Assembly: GCF_001677475.2 (NCBI RefSeq)
Contig: NZ_CP015229.1
Length of the DNA stretch: 64,000 nt
Strand: one strand, 5' to 3'
Source of the DNA: Escherichia coli
GTDB taxonomy: Bacteria > Pseudomonadota > Gammaproteobacteria > Enterobacterales > Enterobacteriaceae
A program made the translations under genes and the position numbers. Of this stretch, positions 1 to 18,216 are shown in pieces. The notes under the pieces were generated by a model that saw only the letters and a program-made list of their open reading frames with translations, did not search any database and was not told where the DNA came from. Numbering within the stretch: position 1 is the first letter of the stretch; each line of letters starts with the position of its first letter.

Positions 1-815
1 GTGCGCAGCAGTTCGTTAATGCCGACTTTGCCGCGAGTTTTCGCGTCAACTTTCTTAACGATAACCGCACAGTAGAGGCTGTATTTGCCATCTTTCGACG
101 GCAGATTACCTGAAACAACCACAGACCCCGCCGGAACGCGGCCGTAGTGGATTTCGCCGGTTTCACGGTCGTAAATACGGGTGCTCTGACCAATGTATAC
201 GCCCATGGAAATGACGGAACCTTCTTCGACAATCACCCCTTCAACCACTTCAGAGCGCGCGCCGATGAAGCAATTATCTTCAATGATGGTTGGGTTAGCC
301 TGCAGCGGTTCCAGCACGCCGCCGATGCCCACGCCACCGGAAAGGTGGACGTTTTTACCAATCTGCGCACAAGAACCGACGGTCGCCCAGGTATCAACCA
401 TGGTGCCTTCATCAACATATGCGCCGATGTTGACGTAAGACGGCATCAGCACGGTGTTACGGGCAATGAACGCACCCTGACGTACCGCCGCTGGTGGCAC
501 AACACGGAAGCCTTCTTTCTGGAAACGTGCTTCGTCGTAATCAGCGAATTTCATCGGCACTTTATCGAAGTAGCGGCTTTCTGCCCCTTCGATCACCTGA
601 TTATCATTAATACGGAAAGAGAGCAGCACCGCTTTTTTTAACCACTGATGCGTCACCCATTGACCGTCAATTTTTTCCGCCACACGCAGTGCGCCGGAAT
701 CCAGCAGGGCGATCACCTGATTTACCGCTTCGCGGGTAACGGTGTCTGCATTGGCTGGCGTGATCTCGGCACGGCGTTCAAAAGCGGTTTCAATAATGTT
801 CTGTAACTGCTGCAT
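1..815 (-). CDS. dapD: 2,3,4,5-tetrahydropyridine-2,6-dicarboxylate N-succinyltransferase DapD; C-terminal codons run off the window start
   Basis: Reverse-strand translation from the ATG complement at 813-815 reads [31 protein letters not shown]...; not in ORF track because there is no in-window stop; the plus-strand ORF 147-641 is its antisense shadow. Confidence 0.9.
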   Translation of the reverse strand, partial: MQQLQNIIETAFERRAEITPANADTVTREAVNQVIALLDSGALRVAEKIDGQWVTHQWLKKAVLLSFRINDNQVIEGAESRYFDKVPMKFADYDEARFQKEGFRVVPPAAVRQGAFIARNTVLMPSYVNIGAYVDEGTMVDTWATVGSCAQIGKNVHLSGGVGIGGVLEPLQANPTIIEDNCFIGARSEVVEGVIVEEGSVISMGVYIGQSTRIYDRETGEIHYGRVPAGSVVVSGNLPSKDGKYSLYCAVIVKKVDAKTRGKVGINELLR

Positions 816-845
816 TGTTAAACTCTTTTCATATCAGTAAACACA

Positions 846-3536
<2,691 letters not shown>

Positions 3537-3579
3537 TTAAATTATCGCATTAAAAAAGCCGGCATTCGCCGGCTTCATC

Positions 3580-4374
3580 TTATTCGTCGTGCGAGATTAT
3601 CGCCGGGATGGTGTCATCCTTGCGTAGCGTCAAAATTTCGCAGCCGTTATCAGTCACCACAATAGTATGCTCGTATTGTGCAGACAAGCTGCGATCTTTG
3701 GTTTTTACCGTCCATCCATCTTTCATGGTGCGGATCTCTTTTTTACCCGCGTTGACCATTGGCTCGATGGTGAACGTCATCCCCGGTTTCAGCACGACGT
3801 TGGTTTCACGGGAGTCATAGTGCAGCACCTGCGGTTCTTCATGGAAGCCGCGACCAATACCGTGTCCACAATATTCACGAACGACGGAGAAGCCTTCTGC
3901 TTCGACAAACTTCTGAATCGCCGCACCGATTTCGCGCAGATTAATGCCAGGTTTTACCATGCCCAGCGCCAGGTACAGGCTTTCTTGCGTGATGCGGCAC
4001 AGACGTTCGCCCATGATGGTCGGCTTACCGACGATAAACATTTTCGATGTATCGCCGTGGAAACCATCTTTGATTACGGTGACATCAATGTTAACGATAT
4101 CGCCATCTTTCAGCAGCTTAGCATCGTCCGGAATACCGTGGCACACCACTTCATTAATAGAAATGCAAACGGATTTCGGATAGCCGTGATAGCCGAGGCA
4201 GGCAGAAACCGCGTGTTGTTCATTAACAATGTAATCATTACAGATGCGATCCAGCTCGCCGGTGCTGACGCCCGGTTTAACATACGGTTCGATCATCTCC
4301 AGCACTTCGGCAGCCAGTCGGCCAGCGACGCGCATTTTTTCGATATCTTCTGGGGTCTTGATTGAGATAGCCAT
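3580..4374 (-). CDS. map: Methionine aminopeptidase
   Basis: 264-aa ORF MAISIKTPEDIEKMRVAGRLAAEVLEMIEPYVKPGVSTGELDRICNDYIV...; classic E. coli Map. Confidence 0.95.
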   Translation of the reverse strand: MAISIKTPEDIEKMRVAGRLAAEVLEMIEPYVKPGVSTGELDRICNDYIVNEQHAVSACLGYHGYPKSVCISINEVVCHGIPDDAKLLKDGDIVNIDVTVIKDGFHGDTSKMFIVGKPTIMGERLCRITQESLYLALGMVKPGINLREIGAAIQKFVEAEGFSVVREYCGHGIGRGFHEEPQVLHYDSRETNVVLKPGMTFTIEPMVNAGKKEIRTMKDGWTVKTKDRSLSAQYEHTIVVTDNGCEILTLRKDDTIPAIISHDE

Positions 4375-4499
4375 TAATTCTGTCCATCAGCGTCGGTGAT
4401 ACCGACAATATATATGTAAGTGCCGTCAATGGTATCACACCCGGGCAAATTGAGAATCATTCTGAATTTCGCCAAACGTGCCACTGAAGGTTTTCTATA

Positions 4500-5467
<968 letters not shown>

Positions 5468-5640
5468 TAAGGCTTGATAACTCCCCCAAAATAGTTCGAG
5501 TTGCAGAAAGGCGGCAAGCTCGAGAATTCCCGGGAGCTTACATCAGTAAGTGACCGGGATGAGCGAGCGAAGATAACGCATCTGCGGCGCGAAATATGAA
5601 GGGGGAGAGCCCTTATAGACCAGGTAGTACACGTTTGGTT

Positions 5641-5670
5641 AGGGGGCCTGCATATGGCCCCCTTTTTCAC
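5641..5670 (+). terminator. rpsB-tsf intergenic hairpin (attenuator/partial terminator)
   Basis: agggggcc-tgcatatg-gccccct followed by ttttcac. Confidence 0.45.
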
Positions 5671-5724
5671 TTTTATATCTGTGCGGTTTAATGCCGGGCA
5701 GATCACATCTCCGAGGATTTTAGA

Positions 5725-6576
5725 ATGGCTGAAATTACCGCATCCCTGGTAAAAGAGCTGCGTGAGCGTACTGGCGCAGGCATGATGGATTGCAAAAAAG
5801 CACTGACTGAAGCTAACGGCGACATCGAGCTGGCAATCGAAAACATGCGTAAGTCCGGTGCTATTAAAGCAGCGAAAAAAGCAGGCAACGTTGCTGCTGA
5901 CGGCGTGATCAAAACCAAAATCGACGGCAACTACGGCATCATTCTGGAAGTTAACTGCCAGACTGACTTCGTTGCAAAAGACGCTGGTTTCCAGGCGTTC
6001 GCAGACAAAGTTCTGGACGCAGCTGTTGCTGGCAAAATCACTGACGTTGAAGTTCTGAAAGCACAGTTCGAAGAAGAACGTGTTGCGCTGGTAGCGAAAA
6101 TTGGTGAAAACATCAACATTCGCCGCGTTGCTGCGCTGGAAGGCGACGTTCTGGGTTCTTATCAGCACGGTGCGCGTATCGGCGTTCTGGTTGCTGCTAA
6201 AGGCGCTGACGAAGAGCTGGTTAAACACATCGCTATGCACGTTGCTGCAAGCAAGCCAGAATTCATCAAACCGGAAGATGTATCCGCTGAAGTGGTAGAA
6301 AAAGAATACCAGGTACAGCTGGATATCGCGATGCAGTCTGGTAAGCCGAAAGAAATCGCAGAGAAAATGGTTGAAGGCCGCATGAAGAAATTCACCGGCG
6401 AAGTTTCTCTGACCGGTCAGCCGTTCGTTATGGAACCGGCAAAAACTGTTGGTCAGCTGCTGAAAGAGCATAACGCTGAAGTGACTGGCTTCATCCGCTT
6501 CGAAGTAGGTGAAGGCATCGAGAAAGTTGAGACTGACTTTGCAGCAGAAGTTGCTGCGATGTCCAAGCAGTCTTAA
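5725..6576 (+). CDS. tsf: Elongation factor Ts
   Basis: 283-aa [48 protein letters not shown]... Confidence 0.95.
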   Translation: MAEITASLVKELRERTGAGMMDCKKALTEANGDIELAIENMRKSGAIKAAKKAGNVAADGVIKTKIDGNYGIILEVNCQTDFVAKDAGFQAFADKVLDAAVAGKITDVEVLKAQFEEERVALVAKIGENINIRRVAALEGDVLGSYQHGARIGVLVAAKGADEELVKHIAMHVAASKPEFIKPEDVSAEVVEKEYQVQLDIAMQSGKPKEIAEKMVEGRMKKFTGEVSLTGQPFVMEPAKTVGQLLKEHNAEVTGFIRFEVGEGIEKVETDFAAEVAAMSKQS

Positions 6577-6586
6577 TCATCGAAAA

Positions 6587-6614
6587 GGAGCCGCCTGAGG
6601 GCGGCTTCTTTTTG
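6587..6614 (+). terminator. Rho-independent terminator after tsf
   Basis: Stem agccgcc / ggcggct with loop tgag followed by T-run tctttttgtg. Confidence 0.6.
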
Positions 6615-6722
6615 TGCCCATCTTGTAAATTCAGCTAACCCTTGTGGGGCTGCGCTGAATAGCGACGTACAATGTCGCTAGTATTAATTCATTTCAATCG
6701 TTGACAGTCTCAGGAAAGAAAC

Positions 6723-7448
6723 ATGGCTACCAATGCAAAACCCGTCTATAAACGCATTCTGCTTAAGTTGAGTGGCGAAGCTCTGCAGGGCACTGAAGGC
6801 TTCGGTATTGATGCAAGCATACTGGATCGCATGGCTCAGGAAATCAAAGAACTGGTTGAACTGGGTATTCAGGTTGGTGTGGTGATTGGTGGGGGTAACC
6901 TGTTCCGTGGCGCTGGTCTGGCGAAAGCGGGTATGAACCGCGTTGTGGGCGACCACATGGGGATGCTGGCGACCGTAATGAACGGCCTGGCAATGCGTGA
7001 TGCACTGCACCGCGCCTATGTGAACGCTCGTCTGATGTCCGCTATTCCATTGAATGGCGTGTGCGACAGCTACAGCTGGGCAGAAGCTATCAGCCTGTTG
7101 CGCAACAACCGTGTGGTGATCCTCTCCGCCGGTACAGGTAACCCGTTCTTTACCACCGACTCAGCAGCGTGCCTGCGTGGTATCGAAATTGAAGCCGATG
7201 TGGTGCTGAAAGCAACCAAAGTTGACGGTGTGTTTACTGCTGATCCGGCGAAAGATCCAACTGCAACCATGTACGAGCAACTGACTTACAGCGAAGTGCT
7301 GGAAAAAGAGCTGAAAGTCATGGACCTGGCGGCCTTCACGCTGGCTCGTGACCATAAATTACCGATTCGTGTTTTCAACATGAACAAACCGGGTGCGCTG
7401 CGCCGTGTGGTAATGGGTGAAAAAGAAGGGACTTTAATCACGGAATAA
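6723..7448 (+). CDS. pyrH: UMP kinase
   Basis: 241-aa [51 protein letters not shown]... Confidence 0.95.
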   Translation: MATNAKPVYKRILLKLSGEALQGTEGFGIDASILDRMAQEIKELVELGIQVGVVIGGGNLFRGAGLAKAGMNRVVGDHMGMLATVMNGLAMRDALHRAYVNARLMSAIPLNGVCDSYSWAEAISLLRNNRVVILSAGTGNPFFTTDSAACLRGIEIEADVVLKATKVDGVFTADPAKDPTATMYEQLTYSEVLEKELKVMDLAAFTLARDHKLPIRVFNMNKPGALRRVVMGEKEGTLITE

Positions 7449-7739
7449 TTCCCGTGATGGATAAATAAGGGTAAGATTCCGCGTAAGTATCGCGGGGGCG
7501 TAAGTCTGGTTATAAGGCGTTATTGTTGCAGGCAGTTTGGTCACGGCCAGCGCGCAGCAACCGGAGCGTACAAAAGTACGTGAGGATGGCGAGCACTGCC
7601 CGGGGCCAAAATGGCAAATAAAATAGCCTAATAATCCAGACGATTACCCGTAATATGTTTAATCAGGGCTATACTTAGCACACTTCCACTGTGTGTGACT
7701 GTCTGGTCTGACTGAGACAAGTTTTCAAGGATTCGTAAC

Positions 7740-8297
7740 GTGATTAGCGATATCAGAAAAGATGCTGAAGTACGCATGGACAAATGCGTAGAAGCGTTCA
7801 AAACCCAAATCAGCAAAATACGCACGGGTCGTGCTTCTCCCAGCCTGCTGGATGGCATTGTCGTGGAATATTACGGCACGCCGACGCCGCTGCGTCAGCT
7901 GGCAAGCGTAACGGTAGAAGATTCCCGTACTCTGAAAATCAACGTGTTTGATCGTTCAATGTCTCCGGCCGTTGAAAAAGCGATTATGGCGTCCGATCTT
8001 GGCCTGAACCCGAACTCTGCGGGTAGCGACATCCGTGTTCCGCTGCCGCCGCTGACGGAAGAACGTCGTAAAGATCTGACCAAAATCGTTCGTGGTGAAG
8101 CAGAACAAGCGCGTGTTGCAGTACGTAACGTGCGTCGTGACGCGAACGACAAAGTGAAAGCACTGTTGAAAGATAAAGAGATCAGCGAAGACGACGATCG
8201 CCGTTCTCAGGACGATGTACAGAAACTGACTGATGCTGCAATCAAGAAAATTGAAGCGGCGCTGGCAGACAAAGAAGCAGAACTGATGCAGTTCTGA
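7740..8297 (+). CDS. frr: Ribosome recycling factor
   Basis: 185-aa ORF with GTG start, [46 protein letters not shown]... Confidence 0.95.
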
Positions 8298-8311
8298 TTT
8301 CTTGAACGACA

Positions 8312-8360
8312 AAAACGCCGCTCAGTAGATCCTTGCGGATCGGCTGGCGGCGTTTTGCTT
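8312..8360 (+). terminator. Probable terminator after frr
   Basis: acgccgc ... gcggcgt inverted repeat with nested gatccttgcggatc palindrome, followed by ttttgctttttatt. Confidence 0.45.
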
Positions 8361-8388
8361 TTTATTCTGTCTCAACTCTGGATGTTTC

Positions 8389-9585
8389 ATGAAGCAACTC
8401 ACCATTCTGGGCTCGACCGGCTCGATTGGTTGCAGCACGCTGGACGTGGTGCGCCATAATCCCGAACACTTCCGCGTAGTTGCGCTGGTGGCAGGCAAAA
8501 ATGTCACTCGCATGGTAGAACAGTGCCTGGAATTCTCTCCCCGCTATGCCGTAATGGACGATGAAGCGAGTGCGAAACTTCTTAAAACGATGCTACAGCA
8601 ACAGGGGAGCTGCACCGAAGTCTTAAGTGGGCAACAAGCCGCTTGCGATATGGCAGCGCTTGAGGAGGTTGATCAGGTGATGGCAGCCATTGTTGGTGCT
8701 GCTGGGCTGTTACCTACGCTTGCTGCGATCCGCGCGGGTAAAACCATTTTGCTGGCCAATAAAGAATCACTGGTTACTTGCGGACGTCTGTTTATGGACG
8801 CCGTAAAGCAGAGCAAAGCGCAATTGTTACCGGTCGATAGCGAACATAACGCCATTTTTCAGAGTTTACCGCAACCTATCCAGCATAATCTGGGATACGC
8901 TGACCTTGAGCAAAATGGCGTGGTGTCCATTTTACTTACCGGGTCTGGTGGCCCTTTCCGTGAGACGCCATTGCGCGATTTGGCAACAATGACGCCGGAT
9001 CAAGCCTGCCGTCATCCGAACTGGTCGATGGGGCGTAAAATTTCTGTCGATTCGGCTACCATGATGAACAAAGGTCTGGAATACATTGAAGCGCGTTGGC
9101 TGTTTAACGCCAGCGCCAGCCAGATGGAAGTGCTGATTCACCCGCAGTCAGTGATTCACTCAATGGTGCGCTATCAGGACGGCAGTGTTCTGGCGCAGCT
9201 GGGGGAACCGGATATGCGTACGCCAATTGCCCACACCATGGCATGGCCGAATCGCGTGAACTCTGGCGTGAAGCCGCTCGATTTTTGCAAACTAAGTGCG
9301 TTGACATTTGCCGCACCGGATTATGATCGTTATCCATGCCTGAAACTGGCGATGGAGGCGTTCGAACAAGGCCAGGCAGCGACGACAGCATTGAATGCCG
9401 CAAACGAAATCACCGTTGCTGCTTTTCTTGCGCAACAAATCCGCTTTACGGATATCGCCGCGTTGAATTTATCCGTACTGGAAAAAATGGATATGCGCGA
9501 ACCACAATGTGTGGACGATGTGTTATCTGTTGATGCGAACGCGCGTGAAGTCGCCAGAAAAGAGGTGATGCGTCTCGCAAGCTGA
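8389..9585 (+). CDS. dxr: 1-deoxy-D-xylulose 5-phosphate reductoisomerase
   Basis: 398-aa [42 protein letters not shown]... Confidence 0.95.
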
Positions 9586-9690
9586 GGATAATCCGGCTAC
9601 AGAGAGTCGCGCTATTTGTTAGCGTAGGGCTTCAGTGATATAGTCTGCGCCATCTGATCGTAAGTAGTTGGCTTTATAAGGTCAGGTATG

Positions 9691-9716
9691 CCGTGGTTTT
9701 ACACGGCTTTTTTTTG
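9691..9716 (+). terminator. Probable terminator in dxr-uppS spacer
   Basis: gccgtgg-ttttac-acggc followed by run of eight T. Confidence 0.45.
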
Positions 9717-9770
9717 TATAGGCTTCAGTATTCCTGAGTACCGTAAACCCTGTCAGGGAATAAGAAACGC

Positions 9771-10532
9771 GTGATGTTGTCTGCTACTCAACCACTTAGC
9801 GAAAAATTGCCAGCGCATGGCTGTCGTCATGTTGCGATCATTATGGACGGCAATGGTCGCTGGGCAAAAAAGCAAGGGAAGATTCGTGCCTTTGGGCATA
9901 AAGCCGGGGCAAAATCCGTCCGCCGGGCTGTCTCTTTTGCGGCCAACAACGGTATTGAGGCGTTAACTCTGTATGCCTTTAGTAGTGAAAACTGGAACCG
10001 ACCAGCGCAGGAAGTCAGTGCGTTAATGGAACTGTTTGTGTGGGCGCTTGATAGCGAAGTAAAGAGTCTGCACCGACATAACGTGCGTCTGCGTATTATT
10101 GGCGATACCAGTCGCTTTAACTCGCGTTTGCAAGAACGTATTCGTAAATCTGAAGCGCTAACAGCCGGGAATACCGGTCTGACGCTGAATATTGCGGCGA
10201 ACTACGGTGGACGTTGGGATATAGTCCAGGGAGTCAGGCAACTGGCTGAAAAGGTGCAGCAAGGAAACCTGCAACCAGATCAGATAGATGAAGAGATGCT
10301 AAACCAGCATGTCTGTATGCATGAACTGGCCCCTGTAGATTTAGTAATTAGGACTGGGGGGGAGCATCGCATTAGTAACTTTTTGCTTTGGCAAATTGCC
10401 TATGCCGAACTTTACTTTACAGATGTTCTCTGGCCCGATTTCGATGAACAAGACTTTGAAGGGGCGTTAAATGCCTTTGCTAATCGAGAGCGTCGTTTCG
10501 GCGGCACCGAGCCCGGTGATGAAACAGCCTGA
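9771..10532 (+). CDS. uppS: Undecaprenyl pyrophosphate synthase (ditrans,polycis-UPP synthase)
   Basis: 253-aa ORF MMLSATQPLSEKLPAHGCRHVAIIMDGNGRWAKKQG...; also known as ispU. Confidence 0.95.
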   Translation: MMLSATQPLSEKLPAHGCRHVAIIMDGNGRWAKKQGKIRAFGHKAGAKSVRRAVSFAANNGIEALTLYAFSSENWNRPAQEVSALMELFVWALDSEVKSLHRHNVRLRIIGDTSRFNSRLQERIRKSEALTAGNTGLTLNIAANYGGRWDIVQGVRQLAEKVQQGNLQPDQIDEEMLNQHVCMHELAPVDLVIRTGGEHRISNFLLWQIAYAELYFTDVLWPDFDEQDFEGALNAFANRERRFGGTEPGDETA

Positions 10533-10544
10533 TGGGGGTCGCTT

Positions 10545-11402
10545 TTGCTGAAGTATCGCCTGATATCTGCTTTTGTGTTAATACCCGTCGTCATCGCGGC
10601 GTTGTTTCTGTTGCCGCCGGTGGGGTTCGCCATTGTAACGCTGGTGGTCTGCATGCTGGCAGCGTGGGAATGGGGACAGCTTAGCGGTTTTACCACTCGC
10701 TCGCAGCGAGTATGGCTGGCGGTGCTGTGCGGGTTATTGTTGGCGCTGATGCTTTTTCTGTTGCCGGAATATCACCGAAATATTCATCAACCGCTGGTTG
10801 AAATCTCACTTTGGGCTTCGCTGGGTTGGTGGATTGTCGCGCTATTGCTGGTGCTGTTTTACCCAAGTTCCGCAGCAATCTGGCGTAACTCTAAAACATT
10901 GCGCATTATTTTTGGCGTGCTAACCATTGTTCCCTTCTTCTGGGGCATGCTGGCGTTACGGGCCTGGCACTACGACGAGAATCATTACAGTGGCGCAATA
11001 TGGCTGCTCTATGTCATGATCCTGGTATGGGGCGCTGACTCTGGCGCATATATGTTTGGCAAATTGTTTGGTAAACATAAGCTGGCACCGAAGGTTTCTC
11101 CGGGTAAAACCTGGCAAGGCTTTATCGGTGGACTCGCGACTGCAGCGGTAATCTCATGGGGTTATGGCATGTGGGCGAATCTTGACGTCGCTCCCGTCAC
11201 CTTACTCATTTGCTCTATTGTCGCAGCGTTAGCCTCAGTGCTCGGCGATCTGACCGAGAGTATGTTTAAGCGTGAAGCAGGAATTAAGGACAGCGGTCAT
11301 TTAATTCCAGGACACGGTGGTATTTTAGATCGTATTGATAGCCTGACGGCTGCGGTACCGGTCTTTGCTTGCTTGTTGTTACTGGTATTCAGGACGCTTT
11401 AA
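10545..11402 (+). CDS. cdsA: CDP-diglyceride synthase (phosphatidate cytidylyltransferase)
   Basis: 285-aa multi-pass membrane [26 protein letters not shown]... Confidence 0.95.
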   Translation: MLKYRLISAFVLIPVVIAALFLLPPVGFAIVTLVVCMLAAWEWGQLSGFTTRSQRVWLAVLCGLLLALMLFLLPEYHRNIHQPLVEISLWASLGWWIVALLLVLFYPSSAAIWRNSKTLRIIFGVLTIVPFFWGMLALRAWHYDENHYSGAIWLLYVMILVWGADSGAYMFGKLFGKHKLAPKVSPGKTWQGFIGGLATAAVISWGYGMWANLDVAPVTLLICSIVAALASVLGDLTESMFKREAGIKDSGHLIPGHGGILDRIDSLTAAVPVFACLLLLVFRTL

Positions 11403-11413
11403 CGGAAGGTAAT

Positions 11414-12766
11414 ATGCTGAGTTTTCTCTGGGATTTGGCTTCGTTCATCGTTGCACTGGGTGTACTTATCACCGTGCATGAATTTGGTCATTTCTGGGTT
11501 GCCCGGCGTTGTGGTGTTCGCGTTGAGCGTTTCTCAATAGGGTTTGGTAAGGCGCTCTGGCGGCGAACTGATAAGCTCGGCACCGAATATGTTATCGCCC
11601 TGATCCCGTTGGGCGGTTATGTCAAAATGCTGGATGAGCGCGCAGAACCGGTCGTTCCGGAACTCCGCCACCATGCCTTCAATAATAAATCTGTCGGCCA
11701 ACGAGCGGCGATTATTGCCGCAGGTCCGGTTGCAAACTTCATTTTTGCTATCTTTGCCTACTGGCTGGTTTTTATTATTGGTGTGCCTGGCGTACGTCCG
11801 GTGGTTGGCGAAATAGCAGCCAATTCGATAGCTGCGGAAGCACAAATTGCACCAGGTACGGAACTAAAAGCCGTAGATGGTATCGAAACGCCTGATTGGG
11901 ATGCCGTGCGTTTGCAGTTGGTCGATAAAATTGGCGATGAAAGCACCACCATTACGGTAGCGCCATTTGGCAGCGACCAACGGCGGGATGTAAAGCTCGA
12001 TTTACGTCACTGGGCGTTTGAGCCTGATAAAGAAGATCCGGTAACTTCGCTGGGGATTCGTCCTCGTGGGCCGCAAATTGAACCTGTACTGGAAAATGTG
12101 CAGCCAAACTCGGCGGCAAGCAAGGCAGGTTTGCAAGCAGGCGACAGGATCGTTAAAGTCGATGGTCAGCCCTTAACGCAGTGGGTGACCTTTGTGATGC
12201 TTGTCCGGGATAACCCGGGTAAATCCTTAGCGTTAGAAATCGAAAGGCAGGGGAGTCCCTTGTCTTTGACATTAATCCCGGAGAGTAAACCGGGTAATGG
12301 TAAAGCGATTGGTTTTGTCGGTATTGAGCCGAAAGTCATTCCTTTGCCTGATGAGTATAAAGTTGTACGCCAGTATGGGCCGTTCAACGCTATCGTCGAA
12401 GCCACGGACAAAACGTGGCAGTTGATGAAGCTGACGGTCAGTATGCTGGGAAAATTGATCACCGGTGATGTGAAACTGAACAACCTCAGTGGGCCGATCT
12501 CTATCGCCAAGGGGGCTGGGATGACAGCGGAACTCGGGGTAGTTTATTACCTGCCGTTTCTTGCGCTTATTAGCGTGAACTTAGGGATAATTAACCTGTT
12601 TCCGTTGCCCGTACTTGACGGGGGGCATCTGCTGTTCCTTGCGATCGAAAAGATCAAGGGCGGACCGGTATCCGAGCGGGTTCAAGACTTTTGTTATCGC
12701 ATTGGCTCGATTCTGCTGGTGCTGTTAATGGGGCTTGCACTTTTCAATGATTTCTCTCGGTTATGA
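11414..12766 (+). CDS. rseP: Regulator of sigma-E protease RseP (site-2 protease, PDZ domains)
   Basis: ORF-track entry 11369-12766 trimmed to ATG at 11414: [32 protein letters not shown] (HExxH zinc motif). Confidence 0.93.
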   Translation: MLSFLWDLASFIVALGVLITVHEFGHFWVARRCGVRVERFSIGFGKALWRRTDKLGTEYVIALIPLGGYVKMLDERAEPVVPELRHHAFNNKSVGQRAAIIAAGPVANFIFAIFAYWLVFIIGVPGVRPVVGEIAANSIAAEAQIAPGTELKAVDGIETPDWDAVRLQLVDKIGDESTTITVAPFGSDQRRDVKLDLRHWAFEPDKEDPVTSLGIRPRGPQIEPVLENVQPNSAASKAGLQAGDRIVKVDGQPLTQWVTFVMLVRDNPGKSLALEIERQGSPLSLTLIPESKPGNGKAIGFVGIEPKVIPLPDEYKVVRQYGPFNAIVEATDKTWQLMKLTVSMLGKLITGDVKLNNLSGPISIAKGAGMTAELGVVYYLPFLALISVNLGIINLFPLPVLDGGHLLFLAIEKIKGGPVSERVQDFCYRIGSILLVLLMGLALFNDFSRL

Positions 12767-12777
12767 GAGTTAGTTAG

Positions 12778-15228
<2,451 letters not shown>

Positions 15229-15349
15229 GTGTTCTCCACAAAGGAATGTAGTGGTAGTGTAGCGATGACTTTAGGCGATCAATATAAGATCGTCGGGCCA
15301 CGCAAAGAACTGCACCCTCCGGTGCAAATGGGATGGTAAGGAGTTTATT

Positions 15350-15835
15350 GTGAAAAAGTGGTTATTAGCTGCAGGTCTCGGTTTAGCACTGGCAACTTCT
15401 GCTCAGGCGGCTGACAAAATTGCAATCGTCAATATGGGCAGCCTGTTCCAGCAGGTAGCGCAGAAAACCGGTGTTTCTAACACGCTGGAAAATGAGTTCA
15501 AAGGCCGTGCCAGCGAACTGCAGCGTATGGAAACCGATCTGCAGGCTAAAATGAAAAAGCTGCAGTCCATGAAAGCGGGCAGCGATCGCTCTAAGCTGGA
15601 AAAAGACGTGATGGCTCAGCGCCAGACTTTTGCTCAGAAAGCGCAGGCTTTTGAGCAGGATCGCGCACGTCGTTCCAACGAAGAACGCGGCAAACTGGTT
15701 ACTCGTATCCAGACTGCTGTGAAATCCGTTGCCAACAGCCAGGATATCGATCTGGTTGTTGATGCAAACGCCGTTGCTTACAACAGCAGCGATGTAAAAG
15801 ACATCACTGCCGACGTACTGAAACAGGTTAAATAA
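15350..15835 (+). CDS. skp: Periplasmic chaperone Skp
   Basis: 161-aa ORF, GTG start, signal peptide [20 protein letters not shown]. Confidence 0.95.
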   Translation: MKKWLLAAGLGLALATSAQAADKIAIVNMGSLFQQVAQKTGVSNTLENEFKGRASELQRMETDLQAKMKKLQSMKAGSDRSKLEKDVMAQRQTFAQKAQAFEQDRARRSNEERGKLVTRIQTAVKSVANSQDIDLVVDANAVAYNSSDVKDITADVLKQVK

Positions 15836-15838
15836 GTA

Positions 15839-16864
15839 ATGCCTTCAATTCGACTGGCTGATTTAGCGCAGCAGTTGGATGCAGAACTACACGGTGATGG
15901 CGATATCGTCATCACCGGCGTTGCGTCCATGCAATCTGCACAAACAGGTCACATTACGTTCATGGTTAACCCAAAATACCGTGAGCATTTAGGCTTGTGC
16001 CAGGCGTCCGCGGTTGTCATGACCCAGGACGATCTTCCTTTCGCGAAAAGTGCCGCGCTGGTAGTGAAGAATCCCTACCTGACTTACGCGCGCATGGCGC
16101 AAATTTTAGATACCACGCCGCAGCCCGCGCAGAACATTGCACCCAGTGCGGTGATCGACGCGACGGCGAAGCTGGGTAACAACGTATCGATTGGCGCTAA
16201 CGCGGTGATTGAGTCCGGCGTTGAACTGGGCGATAACGTGATTATCGGTGCCGGTTGCTTCGTAGGTAAAAACAGCAAAATCGGTGCAGGTTCGCGTCTC
16301 TGGGCGAACGTAACCATTTACCATGAGATCCAGATCGGTCAGAATTGCCTGATCCAATCCGGAACAGTGGTAGGCGCAGACGGCTTTGGTTATGCCAACG
16401 ATCGTGGTAACTGGGTGAAGATCCCGCAGATAGGTCGCGTAATTATTGGCGATCGCGTGGAGATCGGCGCATGTACTACCATCGATCGCGGCGCGCTGGA
16501 TGACACTGTTATTGGCAATGGCGTGATCATTGATAACCAGTGCCAGATTGCACATAACGTCGTGATTGGCGACAATACGGCGGTTGCCGGTGGCGTCATT
16601 ATGGCGGGCAGCCTGAAAATTGGTCGTTACTGCATGATCGGCGGAGCCAGCGTAATCAACGGGCATATGGAAATATGCGACAAAGTGACGGTTACGGGCA
16701 TGGGTATGGTGATGCGTCCCATCACTGAACCAGGAGTCTATTCCTCAGGCATTCCGCTGCAACCCAACAAAGTCTGGCGCAAAACCGCTGCACTGGTGAT
16801 GAACATTGATGACATGAGCAAGCGTCTGAAATCGCTTGAGCGCAAGGTTAATCAACAAGACTAA
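15839..16864 (+). CDS. lpxD: UDP-3-O-(3-hydroxymyristoyl)glucosamine N-acyltransferase
   Basis: 341-aa [40 protein letters not shown]..., hexapeptide repeats. Confidence 0.95.
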
Positions 16865-16968
16865 CGTTCCATCTTTTGTTCGCCAAACTTTACGGCCTGT
16901 CTCATTCTTACGATTGCGGCAGGCCGTGTTATTATTGTCGTTTCTTATATTTTGACAGGAAGAGTATC

Positions 16969-17424
16969 TTGACTACTAACACTCATACTCTGCAGATTGA
17001 AGAGATTTTAGAACTTCTGCCGCACCGTTTCCCGTTCTTACTGGTGGATCGCGTGCTGGATTTTGAAGAAGGTCGTTTTCTGCGCGCAGTAAAAAATGTC
17101 TCTGTCAATGAGCCATTCTTCCAGGGCCATTTCCCTGGAAAACCGATTTTCCCGGGTGTGCTGATTCTGGAAGCAATGGCACAGGCAACAGGTATTCTGG
17201 CGTTTAAAAGCGTAGGAAAACTGGAACCGGGTGAGCTGTACTACTTCGCTGGTATTGACGAAGCGCGCTTCAAGCGCCCGGTCGTGCCTGGCGATCAAAT
17301 GATCATGGAAGTCACTTTCGAAAAAACGCGCCGCGGCCTGACCCGTTTTAAAGGGGTTGCTCTGGTCGACGGTAAAGTAGTTTGCGAAGCAACGATGATG
17401 TGTGCTCGTAGCCGGGAGGCCTGA
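16969..17424 (+). CDS. fabZ: 3-hydroxyacyl-ACP dehydratase FabZ
   Basis: ORF-track entry 16876-17424 trimmed to TTG start at 16969 giving (M)[34 protein letters not shown]... Confidence 0.9.
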
Positions 17425-17427
17425 TAC

Positions 17428-18216
17428 GTGATTGATAAATCCGCCTTTGTGCATCCAACCGCCATTGTGGAAGAGGGCGCGTCGATTGGCGCGAACGCTC
17501 ACATTGGTCCTTTTTGTATCGTTGGACCCCATGTCGAAATTGGTGAGGGTACCGTACTGAAATCTCACGTTGTCGTGAATGGTCATACTAAAATTGGCCG
17601 CGATAATGAGATTTATCAGTTCGCCTCCATCGGCGAAGTTAACCAGGATTTGAAATATGCTGGCGAACCGACCCGTGTGGAAATCGGCGATCGTAACCGC
17701 ATTCGCGAAAGCGTCACCATTCATCGTGGCACAGTCCAGGGCGGTGGATTGACGAAGGTGGGCAGCGACAACTTACTGATGATCAACGCGCACATTGCGC
17801 ACGATTGTACGGTAGGTAACCGCTGTATTCTCGCCAACAACGCAACGCTGGCGGGTCACGTATCGGTTGACGACTTCGCGATCATCGGCGGCATGACCGC
17901 AGTCCATCAGTTCTGCATCATTGGTGCGCATGTGATGGTTGGCGGCTGCTCCGGTGTGGCGCAGGACGTCCCTCCTTATGTCATTGCGCAGGGTAACCAC
18001 GCAACGCCGTTCGGTGTCAATATCGAAGGGCTGAAGCGCCGCGGATTCAGCCGTGAGGCGATTACCGCTATCCGCAATGCGTATAAGCTGATTTATCGTA
18101 GCGGTAAAACGCTCGATGAAGTGAAACCGGAAATTGCTGAACTGGCGGAAACATATCCGGAAGTGAAAGCCTTTACCGATTTCTTTGCACGCTCAACGCG
18201 CGGTCTGATTCGTTAA
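17428..18216 (+). CDS. lpxA: UDP-N-acetylglucosamine acyltransferase
   Basis: 262-aa ORF, GTG start, [42 protein letters not shown]... Confidence 0.95.

Noticed and set aside
147-641. 164-aa plus-strand ORF (and nested ORFs 193-438, 233-418) at the window start
   Set aside because: Lies antisense to and entirely within dapD, whose reverse-strand translation is an unmistakable DapD; no independent start or SD context; shadow ORF.
16106-17724. Minus-strand ORFs 16106-16666 (186 aa) and 17038-17724 (228 aa) opposite lpxD, fabZ and lpxA
   Set aside because: Antisense to well-recognised lipid A/fatty-acid genes; hexapeptide-repeat genes commonly generate long reverse-frame ORFs.
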